NCBI GenBank assembly: GCA_016709145.1
Contig: JADJEK010000009.1
Span: 126,368-190,367 of the forward strand
From: Planctomycetota bacterium
Lineage (GTDB): Bacteria > Planctomycetota > B15-G4 > JADJEK01
DNA length: 64,000 nt
Direction: 5' to 3'
The stretch's first letter is position 1. The number at the start of each line of letters is the position of its first letter. The position numbers and the translations under genes were made by a program. Of the stretch, positions 38,650-48,566 are shown piece after piece. The notes beneath the pieces are model-generated. The model was not told where the DNA came from. It searched no databases and saw only the letters and a program-made list of their open reading frames with translations.

Positions 38650-39615
38650 TCAATGGGTTCCGGTGCGTTCGACGCGAACGCGCCACGCCGGGCCGGCCGC
38701 GATGCCGTGTGTGCGCGCGAAGTCACCCATGTTCAGAGCGAACGCAATGCGGTCGAGGCTGTTCAAGTACGCCAGCGGCGCACCTCGTGGCACATCGCCG
38801 AACGTCGCGCAGAACGGCACGGCTCCCGCGAACACGGTGCGCGCCGCTCCCGCGTCGCCGGTTTCGATCGTGACGTTCAACACCGTGCCGGGCTCGATGC
38901 CCGCGCCACGGACGAACGCGATCGGCAGGTTGGTCCAGACGTTGCCGTAGGGTTCGTCGATGACTTCGACGATGCCGCGCATCGAGCGCGCGCCGGTGGC
39001 GTCGTCGAACGTCGGCTCCGGCACCGCGAGCAGCACGAGGCGCTCGACCGGGATCGAATCGCCGACTTCGCGCGCTTCGATCTCGCCGGCGGCGAGCAAT
39101 GCACCGACGTACGAGAACACGTCGCGCCCGTGGAAGGTCGCCGTGACGTCGGCGCCGGGGCGGTGGAAGCGCTCGACGTCGATCGCGTACGCGGCGCTCA
39201 AGCCGACCTCACGCGCGAGGAACGTCAACGTGCCGTTGTCCGGAGTCACGATGCGATGCCCGACGTGATCGATCGCGATGATCGGCAGGCGGTCGGTGCC
39301 GACTCCCGGATCGACGACGCAGACGAACACGGAGTCGGACGGCCAATACGGAACCGTTTGGCGCAAGCGCAGCGATGCGGTCCAGATGTCGAACGGCGGG
39401 ATGCGATGGGTGATGTCGAGCAAGTCGAGTCGCGCATCGACCGCGCGCGCGACGCCCTTCATCGACGCGACGGCGCCGTCCATCGTGTCGAAGTCGGTCA
39501 GGTAGACGACGGAACCCGTTCGATCCGCGCACCCGAGTGGTCTCGGCAGCAGCCCACACGACGGCGCGATCAGCGCCAACACCAACGATCCCGCGACTCG
39601 TGCCGTTGCGTTCAT
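38650..39615 (-). CDS. S-adenosylmethionine hydrolase (SAM hydroxide adenosyltransferase, DUF62 family) with an N-terminal lipoprotein-type signal peptide
   Basis: Start at MNATARVAGSLVLALIAPSCG. Core VVYLTDFDTMDGAVASMKGV and downstream motifs match the DUF62/SalL/FlA fold. Confidence 0.65.
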   Translation of the reverse strand: MNATARVAGSLVLALIAPSCGLLPRPLGCADRTGSVVYLTDFDTMDGAVASMKGVARAVDARLDLLDITHRIPPFDIWTASLRLRQTVPYWPSDSVFVCVVDPGVGTDRLPIIAIDHVGHRIVTPDNGTLTFLAREVGLSAAYAIDVERFHRPGADVTATFHGRDVFSYVGALLAAGEIEAREVGDSIPVERLVLLAVPEPTFDDATGARSMRGIVEVIDEPYGNVWTNLPIAFVRGAGIEPGTVLNVTIETGDAGAARTVFAGAVPFCATFGDVPRGAPLAYLNSLDRIAFALNMGDFARTHGIAAGPAWRVRVERTGTH

Positions 39616-39847
39616 GGCGCCCGATCGTGCCAACGTCCGACGCGAACGGGAAGGGCGCCGAGCGGTTCGCTCGCGGTGATCTCGGCTGTCGCGGGTGGGG
39701 CGAATCGGCCGGGCCGCGGCGCGCGGGACCTCGCGCCGCGGCCCGTGGAGCGATAGGGTTGGCGCACGTTCAGGGACGCGGACAGGTGCCCCCCTGTCGC
39801 CGTCCGATCGGTATCCCCCAGGCGGGATCAACTCGAGGAGTCACGCC

Positions 39848-41095
39848 ATGTCCTTCGCTTCGATGGCGAGCCGTTTCGGCTCGCTCGCCGCCCTGATTCT
39901 GTCCCCGGCCGGATCGCCGTCCACGTTGGCGCAATGCGGCCCGGACGGTCTCGATCTCGGTGCGTGCTGCCAGCTGACGAACGCGAACTTGCCCGGGTTC
40001 TTCGGGCAGCAGATGCCCGGCCTCGGCATCGTGTGGAACAACTGCATTCCCGCCCAGCAGGCCAACCTGGTCGTCGACGTCTCGACGCCGGCGCTGGTCC
40101 GTTGCGGCCAGTACCAGGCCAACGTGTTCGTGCGCGACGTCGGCACGAACCAGATGCTGCTGAGCGGCTCGATGACGCTCGACTACACGCGTACGTGGCA
40201 AGAGGTGCACACGAGCGGCGTCGTCGAGCAGGTCTGGCGCTTCGCCGCGAAGGCCGACCTCAAGGTCGCGACCCTCGGGATCCCGCCGCTGCCGCCGATC
40301 CCGAACTGCATCGCGCCGTTCGGCCCGCATCCGACCGCGTTCTTCTACGGCTACATGGACTGGTCCGGAGGGTGCACCGGCACGCCGCCGCGCAACGCGC
40401 TCGTGCTCTATCACGCCAACGACTTCTTCATCCACAACCCGGCGCTGTCGGACAAGCCCGGCGCGTTCCATCCGACGCGCGGCTACGCGATCGTCGCGCC
40501 GCACAGCACCGCGCAGTTCTTCATCCCGGCGAACCAGTTCGCGCCGCAGGGTGGGCTGTTCGGTGAAGCGACGCGTGACGTGCCGGCGTCGACGTTGGCC
40601 TGTGTCGTCGAGGACCGTCTCGTCAGCGGCTTCATGAACAACTTCGGCGCCGCCTGCCTCTGCAACTTCTCGACTACGCCGCAGCAGCACAACTTCCGTC
40701 AGATCGCCGGCAAGACCGCGTGCGTCAACGCCGTGGGCCAAGGCGGGAACTTCCAGTCGCTGGCGTTGTCGTTCCCGACGTTGCCGTGGTTCCACATGAC
40801 GTCGACGAGCATCGGCTTCTGGACCAATCCCAACCAATACCCCGGCACCGAGTCGGCCTGGGTCGAGGAGGGGCTGTTCCTGCGCCAGACGCCGTGCCAG
40901 GGCGATTTCGTCGCGCTCTACTACGGCGGTTCGACCGACGGTGGTCTGCAGCCGCTGTTGCCGATCCCCGTGATCGCCGACGGCTTCGTCGACATCGCGG
41001 ACAACTACACGGCGCCGATCAACGGTCCGTATCCGTTCCCGATCCTCGGCAGCACACGGCCGACGGATCATCTGATCTACGTCAACGTGCCCTGA
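39848..41095 (+). CDS. secreted Cys-rich hypothetical protein
   Basis: Signal peptide with a GGAG Shine-Dalgarno. 415 aa, about 14 Cys, no known domain recognised. Confidence 0.5.
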   Translation: MSFASMASRFGSLAALILSPAGSPSTLAQCGPDGLDLGACCQLTNANLPGFFGQQMPGLGIVWNNCIPAQQANLVVDVSTPALVRCGQYQANVFVRDVGTNQMLLSGSMTLDYTRTWQEVHTSGVVEQVWRFAAKADLKVATLGIPPLPPIPNCIAPFGPHPTAFFYGYMDWSGGCTGTPPRNALVLYHANDFFIHNPALSDKPGAFHPTRGYAIVAPHSTAQFFIPANQFAPQGGLFGEATRDVPASTLACVVEDRLVSGFMNNFGAACLCNFSTTPQQHNFRQIAGKTACVNAVGQGGNFQSLALSFPTLPWFHMTSTSIGFWTNPNQYPGTESAWVEEGLFLRQTPCQGDFVALYYGGSTDGGLQPLLPIPVIADGFVDIADNYTAPINGPYPFPILGSTRPTDHLIYVNVP

Positions 41096-41197
41096 CCGCG
41101 GGACACGAGCCGTTCGATGTTCGTCTGCGCGAGCGCGCCGGATCCTCGGGTTCGGCGCGCTCGCGGCACGAATCGGCGCGCTAGACTCCCGCCCCGC

Positions 41198-42520
41198 ATG
41201 GCAATGCGCGACTGGATCGAAGCGAAGAAGGCAGGCAAGGCGTTGTCCGACGCGGACATTCGCGCCTTCGTCGCCGGCGTGACCGACGGCTCCATCGAGG
41301 ACGCGCAGATCGCCGCGTGGTTGATGGCCGTCTGCTGGCGCGGCATGACCACCGAAGAGACGACGGCGCTGACGCAGGCGATGATCGCTTCGGGTCGCAC
41401 GCTCGCGTGGGCCGGAGTGCCTGGGTTGCGCGTCGACAAGCACTCGACGGGCGGAGTCGGCGACAAGATCTCGCTGCCGCTGTTGCCCGCGGTCGCGGCA
41501 TGCGGCGGTCAGGTGCCGATGATCTCGGGCCGCGCGCTCGGCCATACCGGCGGCACGCTCGACAAGCTCGAGGCGATCCCGGGCTTCCGCACCGACCTCG
41601 CGCTCGACGCGCTGATCGAACAGACCAAGCGCCTCGGCGGCGCGTTCGGCGCGGCGACCGATGACCTCGCTCCTGCGGATCGCCGGCTATATCGCTTGCG
41701 CGACGCGACCGCGACCGTGGCGTCGATCCCGCTGATCACCGCGAGCATCCTGTCGAAGAAGGCCGCCGAAGGCGTCGACGGACTCGTCCTCGACGTCAAG
41801 TGCGGCGGCGGTGCGTTCTTGGCCGGTCGAGACGACGCGCGCAACCTGGCGCTGTCGTTGATCAACACGGCGGAGCGACTCGGGCTGAAGAGCGTCGCGC
41901 TGCTGACCGACATGAGTCAGCCGCTCGGCCGCACGATCGGCAACGCGCTCGAGATCGCGGAGACCATCGACGTCTTGAAGGGCTAAGGTCCCGACGACGT
42001 CGTCGGGCTCGTGATCGAGCAGGGCGGCGAGATGCTCGTGCTGGGCGGCGCCGCCCCCGATCTCGACGCCGGCCGACGCAAGATCGCCGCGGCGTTGTCG
42101 GATGGCAGCGCTTGGAAGACGTTCGTGCGCATCGTCGAAGCGCAGCGCGGCGACGTCGCGGTGCTCGACGATCCGCGGCGATTGCCGCGCGCGAAGCAGA
42201 CGAAGTTGTTGGCCGTCGACGAACCCGGCTTCGTGCGCGCGTTCGATTGCCGCGCGCTCGGTGTCGCCGCGACCAAGCTCGGCGCCGGCCGTGAGCGCCA
42301 AGCCGACGTCATCGCGCCAGCCGTCGGACTGGTGCTCGCGAAGAAGGTCGGCGACGTCGTCGCGAAGGGTGAGCCGTGGGTCGAAGTCCACTTCGACGAC
42401 GTCGCGCGCTTCGAGGCGGTCAAGGACACGTTGGCCCAGGCGATCACGATCTCGAAGCGACGCGTGTTCCCGGGGCCGCTCGTGCTCGAGCGCATTCCCG
42501 GCCAACGCTGGAGGCTCTGA
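41198..42520 (+). pseudogene. deoA: thymidine phosphorylase (deoA) interrupted by a single in-frame TAA at 41984-41986; both halves are collinear and in the same frame
   Basis: The N-terminal half (ORF to 41986) and the C-terminal half (42011..42520) are in the same frame, with only 8 sense codons between them. Their combined length is 440 aa, equal to full-length DeoA. Conserved motifs: KHSTGGVGDK, and TDMSQPLG before the stop. Confidence 0.7.
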
Positions 42521-43795
42521 GTGGACTGGACGCTGAAGGCGCGCGGCGTGTTCGGTCTGATCGTGCTGCTCGGCCTGTGCTGGGCGCTGTCGACGAACCG
42601 TCGCGCCGTCGCCTGGCGCATCGTCGGCTATGGCCTGGCGCTGCAGATCACGTTCGCGCTGCTGATCCTGAAGACCGAGCCCGGCCGAGCGTTCTTCGCC
42701 GCGGCGAACTCGGCGATCACGAGTCTGCTCGGCTTCGCCGATGCCGGCATCGGCTTCCTGCTCGGCCCCGTGCTCGCGGACAAGAGCGGCGACGGCAAGT
42801 CGATGGGCGTGATCTTCCTGTTCCACATCCTGCCGACGATCATCTTCTTCGCCGCGCTCATGAGCTTGCTCTACCACCTCGGCATCCTGCAGTGGGTGGT
42901 GAAGGGCGTGGCGTGGGTCATGCAGAAGACCATGAAGACGTCGGGCGCCGAGACGTTGTCGGCCGCCGCGAACATCTTCGTCGGCCAGACCGAAGCGCCG
43001 CTGCTCGTGAAACCGTTCATCCAGGACATGACCAAGTCCGAGATGATGGCCGTGATGACCGGTGGTTTCGCCACGGTCGCCGGCGGAGTCATGGCTGCGT
43101 ACGTCGGCATGCTGCACGACGTCAATCCCGACATCGCGGGCCACTTGCTCGCCGGATCGACGATGGCCGCGCCGACCGGACTCGTGATCGCGAAGTTGCT
43201 CGTGCCCGAGACCGAGGTCGCGAAGACCGCGAACACGATGACGGTCCACGTCGAGAAGAACGCGTCGAACGTCGTCGACGCCGCGGCGACCGGTGCGTCC
43301 GAAGGCATGACGCTGGTGTTGAACGTGGCGGCGATGCTGCTCGCGTTCGTCGCGCTGGTGAACATGTTCGACGTGATGCTCGCGTGGGGCGGCGATCACC
43401 TGCATGCGTGGACCGGCGCAGCGGTATTCGAGGACCTGAGCTTGCCGAAGGTGTTCGGCTGGATCTTCGCGCCGCTCGCGTGGCTGATGGGCATCGAGTC
43501 CGGCGACGTGCAAGACGTCGGACGTCTGCTCGGCGAGAAGCTCGTGCTGACCGAGTTCACGGCGTACCGCAACCTCGGCACCTCGGGCGATCTGCTGTCG
43601 CCGCGTTCGTTCACGATCGCGAGCTACGCGTTGTGCGGCTTCGCCAACTTCGCCAGCATCGCGATCCAGATCGGCGGGATCGGCGCGATGGCGCCGAACC
43701 GACGCTCCGATCTGGCCCGGATCGGCGTAAAGGCGATGTTCGCGGGCTTCCTCACCACATGCATCACCGCGACGGTCGCGGGCATCCTGATCTGA
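42521..43795 (+). CDS. concentrative nucleoside transporter (NupC/CNT family)
   Basis: GTG start directly after the deoA stop, with a GGAGG Shine-Dalgarno. 425 aa. CNT motifs (GQTEAPLLVKPF, FANFASIAIQIGG). Confidence 0.8.
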   Translation: MDWTLKARGVFGLIVLLGLCWALSTNRRAVAWRIVGYGLALQITFALLILKTEPGRAFFAAANSAITSLLGFADAGIGFLLGPVLADKSGDGKSMGVIFLFHILPTIIFFAALMSLLYHLGILQWVVKGVAWVMQKTMKTSGAETLSAAANIFVGQTEAPLLVKPFIQDMTKSEMMAVMTGGFATVAGGVMAAYVGMLHDVNPDIAGHLLAGSTMAAPTGLVIAKLLVPETEVAKTANTMTVHVEKNASNVVDAAATGASEGMTLVLNVAAMLLAFVALVNMFDVMLAWGGDHLHAWTGAAVFEDLSLPKVFGWIFAPLAWLMGIESGDVQDVGRLLGEKLVLTEFTAYRNLGTSGDLLSPRSFTIASYALCGFANFASIAIQIGGIGAMAPNRRSDLARIGVKAMFAGFLTTCITATVAGILI

Positions 43796-43829
43796 CCGTC
43801 GCGCGAGTCCGACCGATCCTGGAGCGAAC

Positions 43830-44759
43830 ATGAGCAGCTACGTCTTCGAAGAAGCCCAAGAGGCCTACGCCGCGGTCAAGAAGATCGCCGGCGCTCCGCA
43901 GGTCGGTCTGATCCTGGGCTCCGGCCTGGGCGGATTCGCGAAGTCGTTGAAGAACGCGCGCGTCGTGCCCTACGCGCGCATTCCGAACTTTCCGCCGGCG
44001 CGCGTCGAAGGCCACGCCGGCCAACTGATCTTCTGCACGTTCCGCGGCGTCGAGATCGCCGTGCTCGCGGGGCGCGTCCACTACTACGAAGGCCATGCGC
44101 TCGAAGAAGTGACGCTGCCGACGCGCGTCCTCGGCCTGCTCGGCGTGAAGGTCCTGCTGGTCACGAACGCGGCCGGCGGCATCGCGCCTTCGCTCGATCC
44201 GGGCGATCTCATGGTGATCACCGACCACATCAACCTGCTCGGCACCAACCCGCTGCGTGGGCCGAAGGATCCGCGCCTCGGGCCGCGCTTCCCCGACATG
44301 ACGAACGCCTATCACCCGCTCGTGCGCGCCGCGCTCTATGAAGCCGCGGACGCCGCGCGCGTGCCCGTGAAGTGCGGCGTCTATGCCGCGCTCGGCGGGC
44401 CGTCGTACGAAACGCCGGCCGAGATCAAAATGCTGTCGACGCTCGGCGCCGACGCGGTCGGCATGTCGACGGTGCCCGAAGTAATCGTCGCCAATCAAAT
44501 GGGCATGAAGGTCGGGGGCATCTCGTGCGTCGCGAACAAGGCCGCCGGGATCTCGCCGAACAAGCTCTCGCACGAAGAGGTCATGGAGACCACGCAGAGC
44601 GCGGCGAAGCGCTTCTGCAAGCTGCTCGCCGAGGCGATCCCGCTGGCCGCGAAGGCCGCGAACGGCCCGGAGCAGCGCAGTGACAAGCACGCCAAGATCG
44701 TGCTCTCGCTGCGCGAGAAGTGCTCGGTCGGCAACATGCTGAAGGGTGCGAAGAAGTGA
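43830..44759 (+). CDS. purine nucleoside phosphorylase (PNP/MTAP family, trimeric type)
   Basis: 309 aa. GSGLG phosphate-binding loop. SMSTVPEV motif. Confidence 0.8.
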   Translation: MSSYVFEEAQEAYAAVKKIAGAPQVGLILGSGLGGFAKSLKNARVVPYARIPNFPPARVEGHAGQLIFCTFRGVEIAVLAGRVHYYEGHALEEVTLPTRVLGLLGVKVLLVTNAAGGIAPSLDPGDLMVITDHINLLGTNPLRGPKDPRLGPRFPDMTNAYHPLVRAALYEAADAARVPVKCGVYAALGGPSYETPAEIKMLSTLGADAVGMSTVPEVIVANQMGMKVGGISCVANKAAGISPNKLSHEEVMETTQSAAKRFCKLLAEAIPLAAKAANGPEQRSDKHAKIVLSLREKCSVGNMLKGAKK

Positions 44760-45415
44760 ATAGAGCCGCGCTCGCCGCTCGCATCGACCACACCATCTTG
44801 AAGGCCGATGCGACGCGCGCCGCGGTCACGAAGGTCGTCGACGAGGCGCGCGCGTACGGCTGCGCGTCGGTCTGCGTGAACGGCAAGCACGTCGCGTTCG
44901 TCGCGCGGGCGCTGGCCGGCTCGAACGTGCTGGCGTGCGCGGTGGTGGGGTTCCCGCTCGGCGCGATGGACTCGCGCGCGAAGGCGCAGGAAACCGCGAG
45001 TGTCGTCGCGGCCGGCGCGCGCGAGGTCGACATGGTGATCGACGTCGGCGCGCTGAAGGACTGCGACGATGCGCGCGTGCGGGACGACATTCGTGCCGTC
45101 GTCGAAGCGGCGGACGGCGTGCCGGTGAAGGTGATCCTCGAGACCTGCTTGCTGACGCACGACGAGAAAGTGCGCGCGTGCGAGGCGTCGGTCGCGGCCG
45201 GCGCGGCGTTCGTGAAGACGTCGACCGGCTTTTCGACGAGCGGCGCGACGCTGGACGACGTGCGTCTGATGCGCAAGACGGTCGGCACGCGATGCAAGGT
45301 CAAGGCGTCCGGCGGCATACGCGATCTCGCGGCCGCGCTGGCGATGATCGAGGCCGGAGCGGATCGGCTCGGCTTGAGTGCGACCGTCGCGATCCTCGAA
45401 GCGCTACCGAATTGA
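44756..45415 (+). CDS. deoC: deoxyribose-phosphate aldolase
   Basis: GTGA overlap with the PNP gene. Catalytic Lys motifs (VCVNG..., FVKTSTGF). An alternative GTG start lies at 44720. Confidence 0.8.
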   Translation: MNRAALAARIDHTILKADATRAAVTKVVDEARAYGCASVCVNGKHVAFVARALAGSNVLACAVVGFPLGAMDSRAKAQETASVVAAGAREVDMVIDVGALKDCDDARVRDDIRAVVEAADGVPVKVILETCLLTHDEKVRACEASVAAGAAFVKTSTGFSTSGATLDDVRLMRKTVGTRCKVKASGGIRDLAAALAMIEAGADRLGLSATVAILEALPN

Positions 45416-47512
45416 TCGTCGCGGCGATCCGCGATCGTCGTTCCGCGCCGTCCATCGAGTCAGCCACGCGCACAGGGCGATCGCGCCCACCAACGTGCCC
45501 GCCAACGACGTGGTCAGAGCGCGGCGACTGGCGTGCGCGCGATCGCGCTCCGCCGCGTGTTCGACGTACCAGTCGGCCGTGTGGCGAGCGCGCTCGGCCG
45601 CGGGTCGCAGCGCATCGTCCGCGAGCGCGGCGTTCTCCAGCTCGACCGCTGCCGACGTGGTGCGCGCGAGGGCCGCGCTCGGCGACGCGAGGTCGTAGGC
45701 CTCGATCTCCGCGGCCAGGGTCGTCGCCCACGTCGCGCCGCCTTGCGGGAGCGAATCGCGATGCGCGAGCAGGCCGGCCAACGCCCGGTGCGGTTCGCCC
45801 TCGAAGCGGAGCCGTTGCGCCTCGCGCCAGGCCGTCGCGCTGGGCGCGTCGTGGCTCGATGCCATCGAGTCGAACGCGGCCTCGTACGTGGAGCGCGTGT
45901 CGTCCACCGTGCCGCGTTCGAGCTGCTCTTGCATCACGCGTTCGACCGGCGCGTGATCGTCCACGAACACTTGCTCGCTCGCCGCGAGCGTTGGCCGCAG
46001 CAGCAACGAGCGGAACGCCGTCGCGGCTGCGGTGAGGAATGGCGGGGGCTCGCGCAGCAGTCGCGTCGGAGTCTCGTCGCGCGCACCGCAGAACAAGATC
46101 GCCGAGGGGAAGTCGCGGACCGGCGTGAGCCAGACCGGGCCGAGCTCGGCCGCGTGAAGCGTCGCAGCGAGTGCACGCGGCAGTCGCGCCGCGGGTCGGC
46201 GGCAATCGACGTTCAGTGCCAAGAGGCCGGTCGGCTCGAGATGTTCGCGGATGCGCGCGAAGCACTCGCGCGTCGCGACCTGGAACGGGATGTACGTCTG
46301 ATGCGCGTACGCGTCGACGACGACGAGGTCGAAGCGTTGGTCGCGCATGAGCGTGTTCACGACGGTGCGACCGTCGTCGACGATCAGCGTCAGTCGAGGG
46401 TCGGCGCGGTCGAGGTCGAAATGCGACGCGGCGACGTCGAGCACGAGCGGATCGATCTCGACGCCGGTCAGGCGCAGCGTGGGGCCGAGCAGCGCGTCGA
46501 GCTCCGTGAACAGCGTGCCCGCGGCGAATCCGATCACGAGGACGTCGTACGTTCCGTCCGCCGGAGGCTCCTGGAGCAGAGGCAACAACGCGAGCGTGTC
46601 GAAATAGCGTCCGCCGGAGTCGATGCGACCCTCGATGCGCGCCGAGTGGAACTCCGCGTCGCCTTCGTCGAGCGCGAGGATGCGCGTCGTGACCATCGTG
46701 CCGGTCGTCCGGTCCCCGATGTCGCGCTCGAGCACGCGGACCGTTTGGACCACGGAATCGCGCTCGAACAGCACGCGGTCGCCCGCGATGCCTGGGCCCT
46801 TCAGCGGACCGGCGTCGAAGGAGGCGCAAGCGAACGCGCACAGGAGCGCGAGCGCGATCGCTCGCGGCGGTGGGGGGCGATGCGCGAGAGCGCGCACCCA
46901 GAGCGAGGCCGCACAAAGCAGAGCCGCGCAGGCCAGCAACGTGCGCTGCGTGCCTAGCCATGGGATCAGCACGAGGTTCGCGAGATAGGCGCCGAGCACG
47001 GACCCGACCGTCGACAACGCGAGCACGACGCCGCCGCTGGCGCCGACGGCATGCGTCGGCGCGAGATGTGCAAGCACGAGAGGCGTGATGGCTCCGAGCA
47101 GCAGCAATGGCGGCGCGAACAGGACCAGCGCCGCTTCGAGCGAGCCGAGCAGCGCGAGTGTCGGATCGGGTCCGTCGCGGAATCCGTCGGGCAGCAGCAT
47201 CCGCGCGAACTGTGAGCCGAACCGCGCTGCGCCCGCGATCCACGCGGCCGCGGGGAGTGGGAGCCAGATCAACGCGTGCCGAAAACGAGGTCGGTTCGAC
47301 CACCGTCCGCCGAGCCACGCGCCGAGCGCGAGCGCGAGCAGCACGACGGCGATGACGTTGGTCCAAACGATCGGCGACTGGCCGAAGAACGGCGCCAGCA
47401 GGCGCACTGCGGTGAACTCGAGCAACGTGATCGCGGCGCCGCACACGAGCACGAAGGCTCCGAGTGCGGAGAACGCGCCGCGCTTGGGCGGCGGAGAGAG
47501 AGCGGGGGACAT
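45404..47512 (-). CDS. fused membrane-domain / spermidine synthase-like (polyamine aminopropyltransferase family) protein with a C-terminal helical extension
   Basis: Start taken at MSPALSPPPKRG. About 8 N-terminal transmembrane segments. Central VLVIGFAAGTL...D methyltransferase-fold motif of the SpeE family. Confidence 0.6.
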   Translation of the reverse strand: MSPALSPPPKRGAFSALGAFVLVCGAAITLLEFTAVRLLAPFFGQSPIVWTNVIAVVLLALALGAWLGGRWSNRPRFRHALIWLPLPAAAWIAGAARFGSQFARMLLPDGFRDGPDPTLALLGSLEAALVLFAPPLLLLGAITPLVLAHLAPTHAVGASGGVVLALSTVGSVLGAYLANLVLIPWLGTQRTLLACAALLCAASLWVRALAHRPPPPRAIALALLCAFACASFDAGPLKGPGIAGDRVLFERDSVVQTVRVLERDIGDRTTGTMVTTRILALDEGDAEFHSARIEGRIDSGGRYFDTLALLPLLQEPPADGTYDVLVIGFAAGTLFTELDALLGPTLRLTGVEIDPLVLDVAASHFDLDRADPRLTLIVDDGRTVVNTLMRDQRFDLVVVDAYAHQTYIPFQVATRECFARIREHLEPTGLLALNVDCRRPAARLPRALAATLHAAELGPVWLTPVRDFPSAILFCGARDETPTRLLREPPPFLTAAATAFRSLLLRPTLAASEQVFVDDHAPVERVMQEQLERGTVDDTRSTYEAAFDSMASSHDAPSATAWREAQRLRFEGEPHRALAGLLAHRDSLPQGGATWATTLAAEIEAYDLASPSAALARTTSAAVELENAALADDALRPAAERARHTADWYVEHAAERDRAHASRRALTTSLAGTLVGAIALCAWLTRWTARNDDRGSPRRSIR

Positions 47513-47718
47513 GGGAACTCGGAGAGCGATGCAGGCGGCGAACTGTGGAACCCCGTGGTGGCGGAGAACCACGCAAGAAAATGACTCGGTCCTGCGTGAG
47601 GGGTCAATGATTCGACGATCTCGCGCCTCGATGCGGTCTTTCCGCGCAACGGCTCGGAGGCGGGCCTGGTCAGCGGGGGATCTCCACTCCCAAGACGTTC
47701 CCGCGCCGTCCACCGCAT

Positions 47719-48555
47719 GACGGGGACAGACGCGCCTCCGTCCCCGTCATGCTCGCAGGGCCACGGCCGCCGCGACGGGGACGGAGGCGCGTCTGTCCCC
47801 GTCATGCTGTAACCCCGGGGCCTCGCGTGCGTCTCCTCGGCATGGCACGACATCCACGACTCGTCATTCCTGAGTTGCTCCAACACGTCACCCATCGCGG
47901 CTGCGGCGGGCAGAGGATCTTTCGGGACGACGAAGATCGCCACGCGTATCAAGCGTCGACGGTCTTCCACGCGAACCGACTGGGCATTTTCATTCCCGGC
48001 CACGTCCAGATGGACAATCACGTCCACTTCGCGCTGTTCGTCCCGACGAAGAAGTCTCTCTCCGAGTTCATCCAGCGACTGCATTCCGAGCACGCGCAGC
48101 GCATGAACGCGAAGTACGGCACTTCGGGGCACTTGTTCGGCGATCGCTTCTATTCCGCCTCCGTCGATGACCGGCCGGCGCTCGAGGTCATTCGCTACAT
48201 CGACCTCAATCCCGTGCGTGCGGGCATGGTCGCGCGTGCGGAGGACTTCGTGTTCTCATCCGCTCGGGCGCACGCGTTGGGGATTCCCGATATCGTGACG
48301 GGCGAACTGTGGAAACCGCTGCGCGAGATCGAGAACTACGCGGAGTGGCTCCGCGAAGTGGCCCCGGATCACGAGCGGCGGCTTGCGACCATTCGCTTAT
48401 GCACGCGCCGGAGTCGCCGCATCACGAACCAGTTGATGTTCGGCGATCAACTGCCGCCTCGATGATGCATGACGGGGACAGACGCGCCTCCGTCCCCGTC
48501 ATGCTCGCAGGGCCACGGCCGCCGCGACGGGGACGGAGGCGCGTCTGTCCCCGTC
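47719..48555 (+). mobile_element. REPIN-RAYT unit: REP doublet (47719-47803), IS200-like Y1 (HuH) transposase gene, REP doublet (48471-48555)
   Basis: The two 85-nt flanks are identical. Each is two 30-nt REPs in inverted orientation (GACGGGGACAGACGCGCCTCCGTCCCCGTC and its reverse complement) separated by a 25-nt spacer. Confidence 0.8.
47842..48465 (+). CDS. REP-associated tyrosine transposase (RAYT; IS200/IS605 TnpA-like Y1 HuH transposase)
   Basis: HuH motif HVHFALF. Conserved Tyr region (YIDLNPVRAG) typical of RAYT/TnpA_REP. Start taken at MARHPRL because the upstream ATG at 47749 lies inside the REP. Confidence 0.75.
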   Translation: MARHPRLVIPELLQHVTHRGCGGQRIFRDDEDRHAYQASTVFHANRLGIFIPGHVQMDNHVHFALFVPTKKSLSEFIQRLHSEHAQRMNAKYGTSGHLFGDRFYSASVDDRPALEVIRYIDLNPVRAGMVARAEDFVFSSARAHALGIPDIVTGELWKPLREIENYAEWLREVAPDHERRLATIRLCTRRSRRITNQLMFGDQLPPR

Positions 48556-48566
48556 ATGCGTTCGGG

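Noticed and set aside
45300-47576. 758-aa minus-strand ORF in an alternative frame to the spermidine-synthase-like gene
   Set aside because: Arg-rich with no domains. The frame starting at 47512 has a coherent transmembrane plus SpeE-like architecture.
47749-47841. Upstream ATG start of the RAYT ORF
   Set aside because: It lies inside the REP doublet, whose sequence is repeated identically downstream of the gene. The MARHPRL start gives a typical RAYT length.
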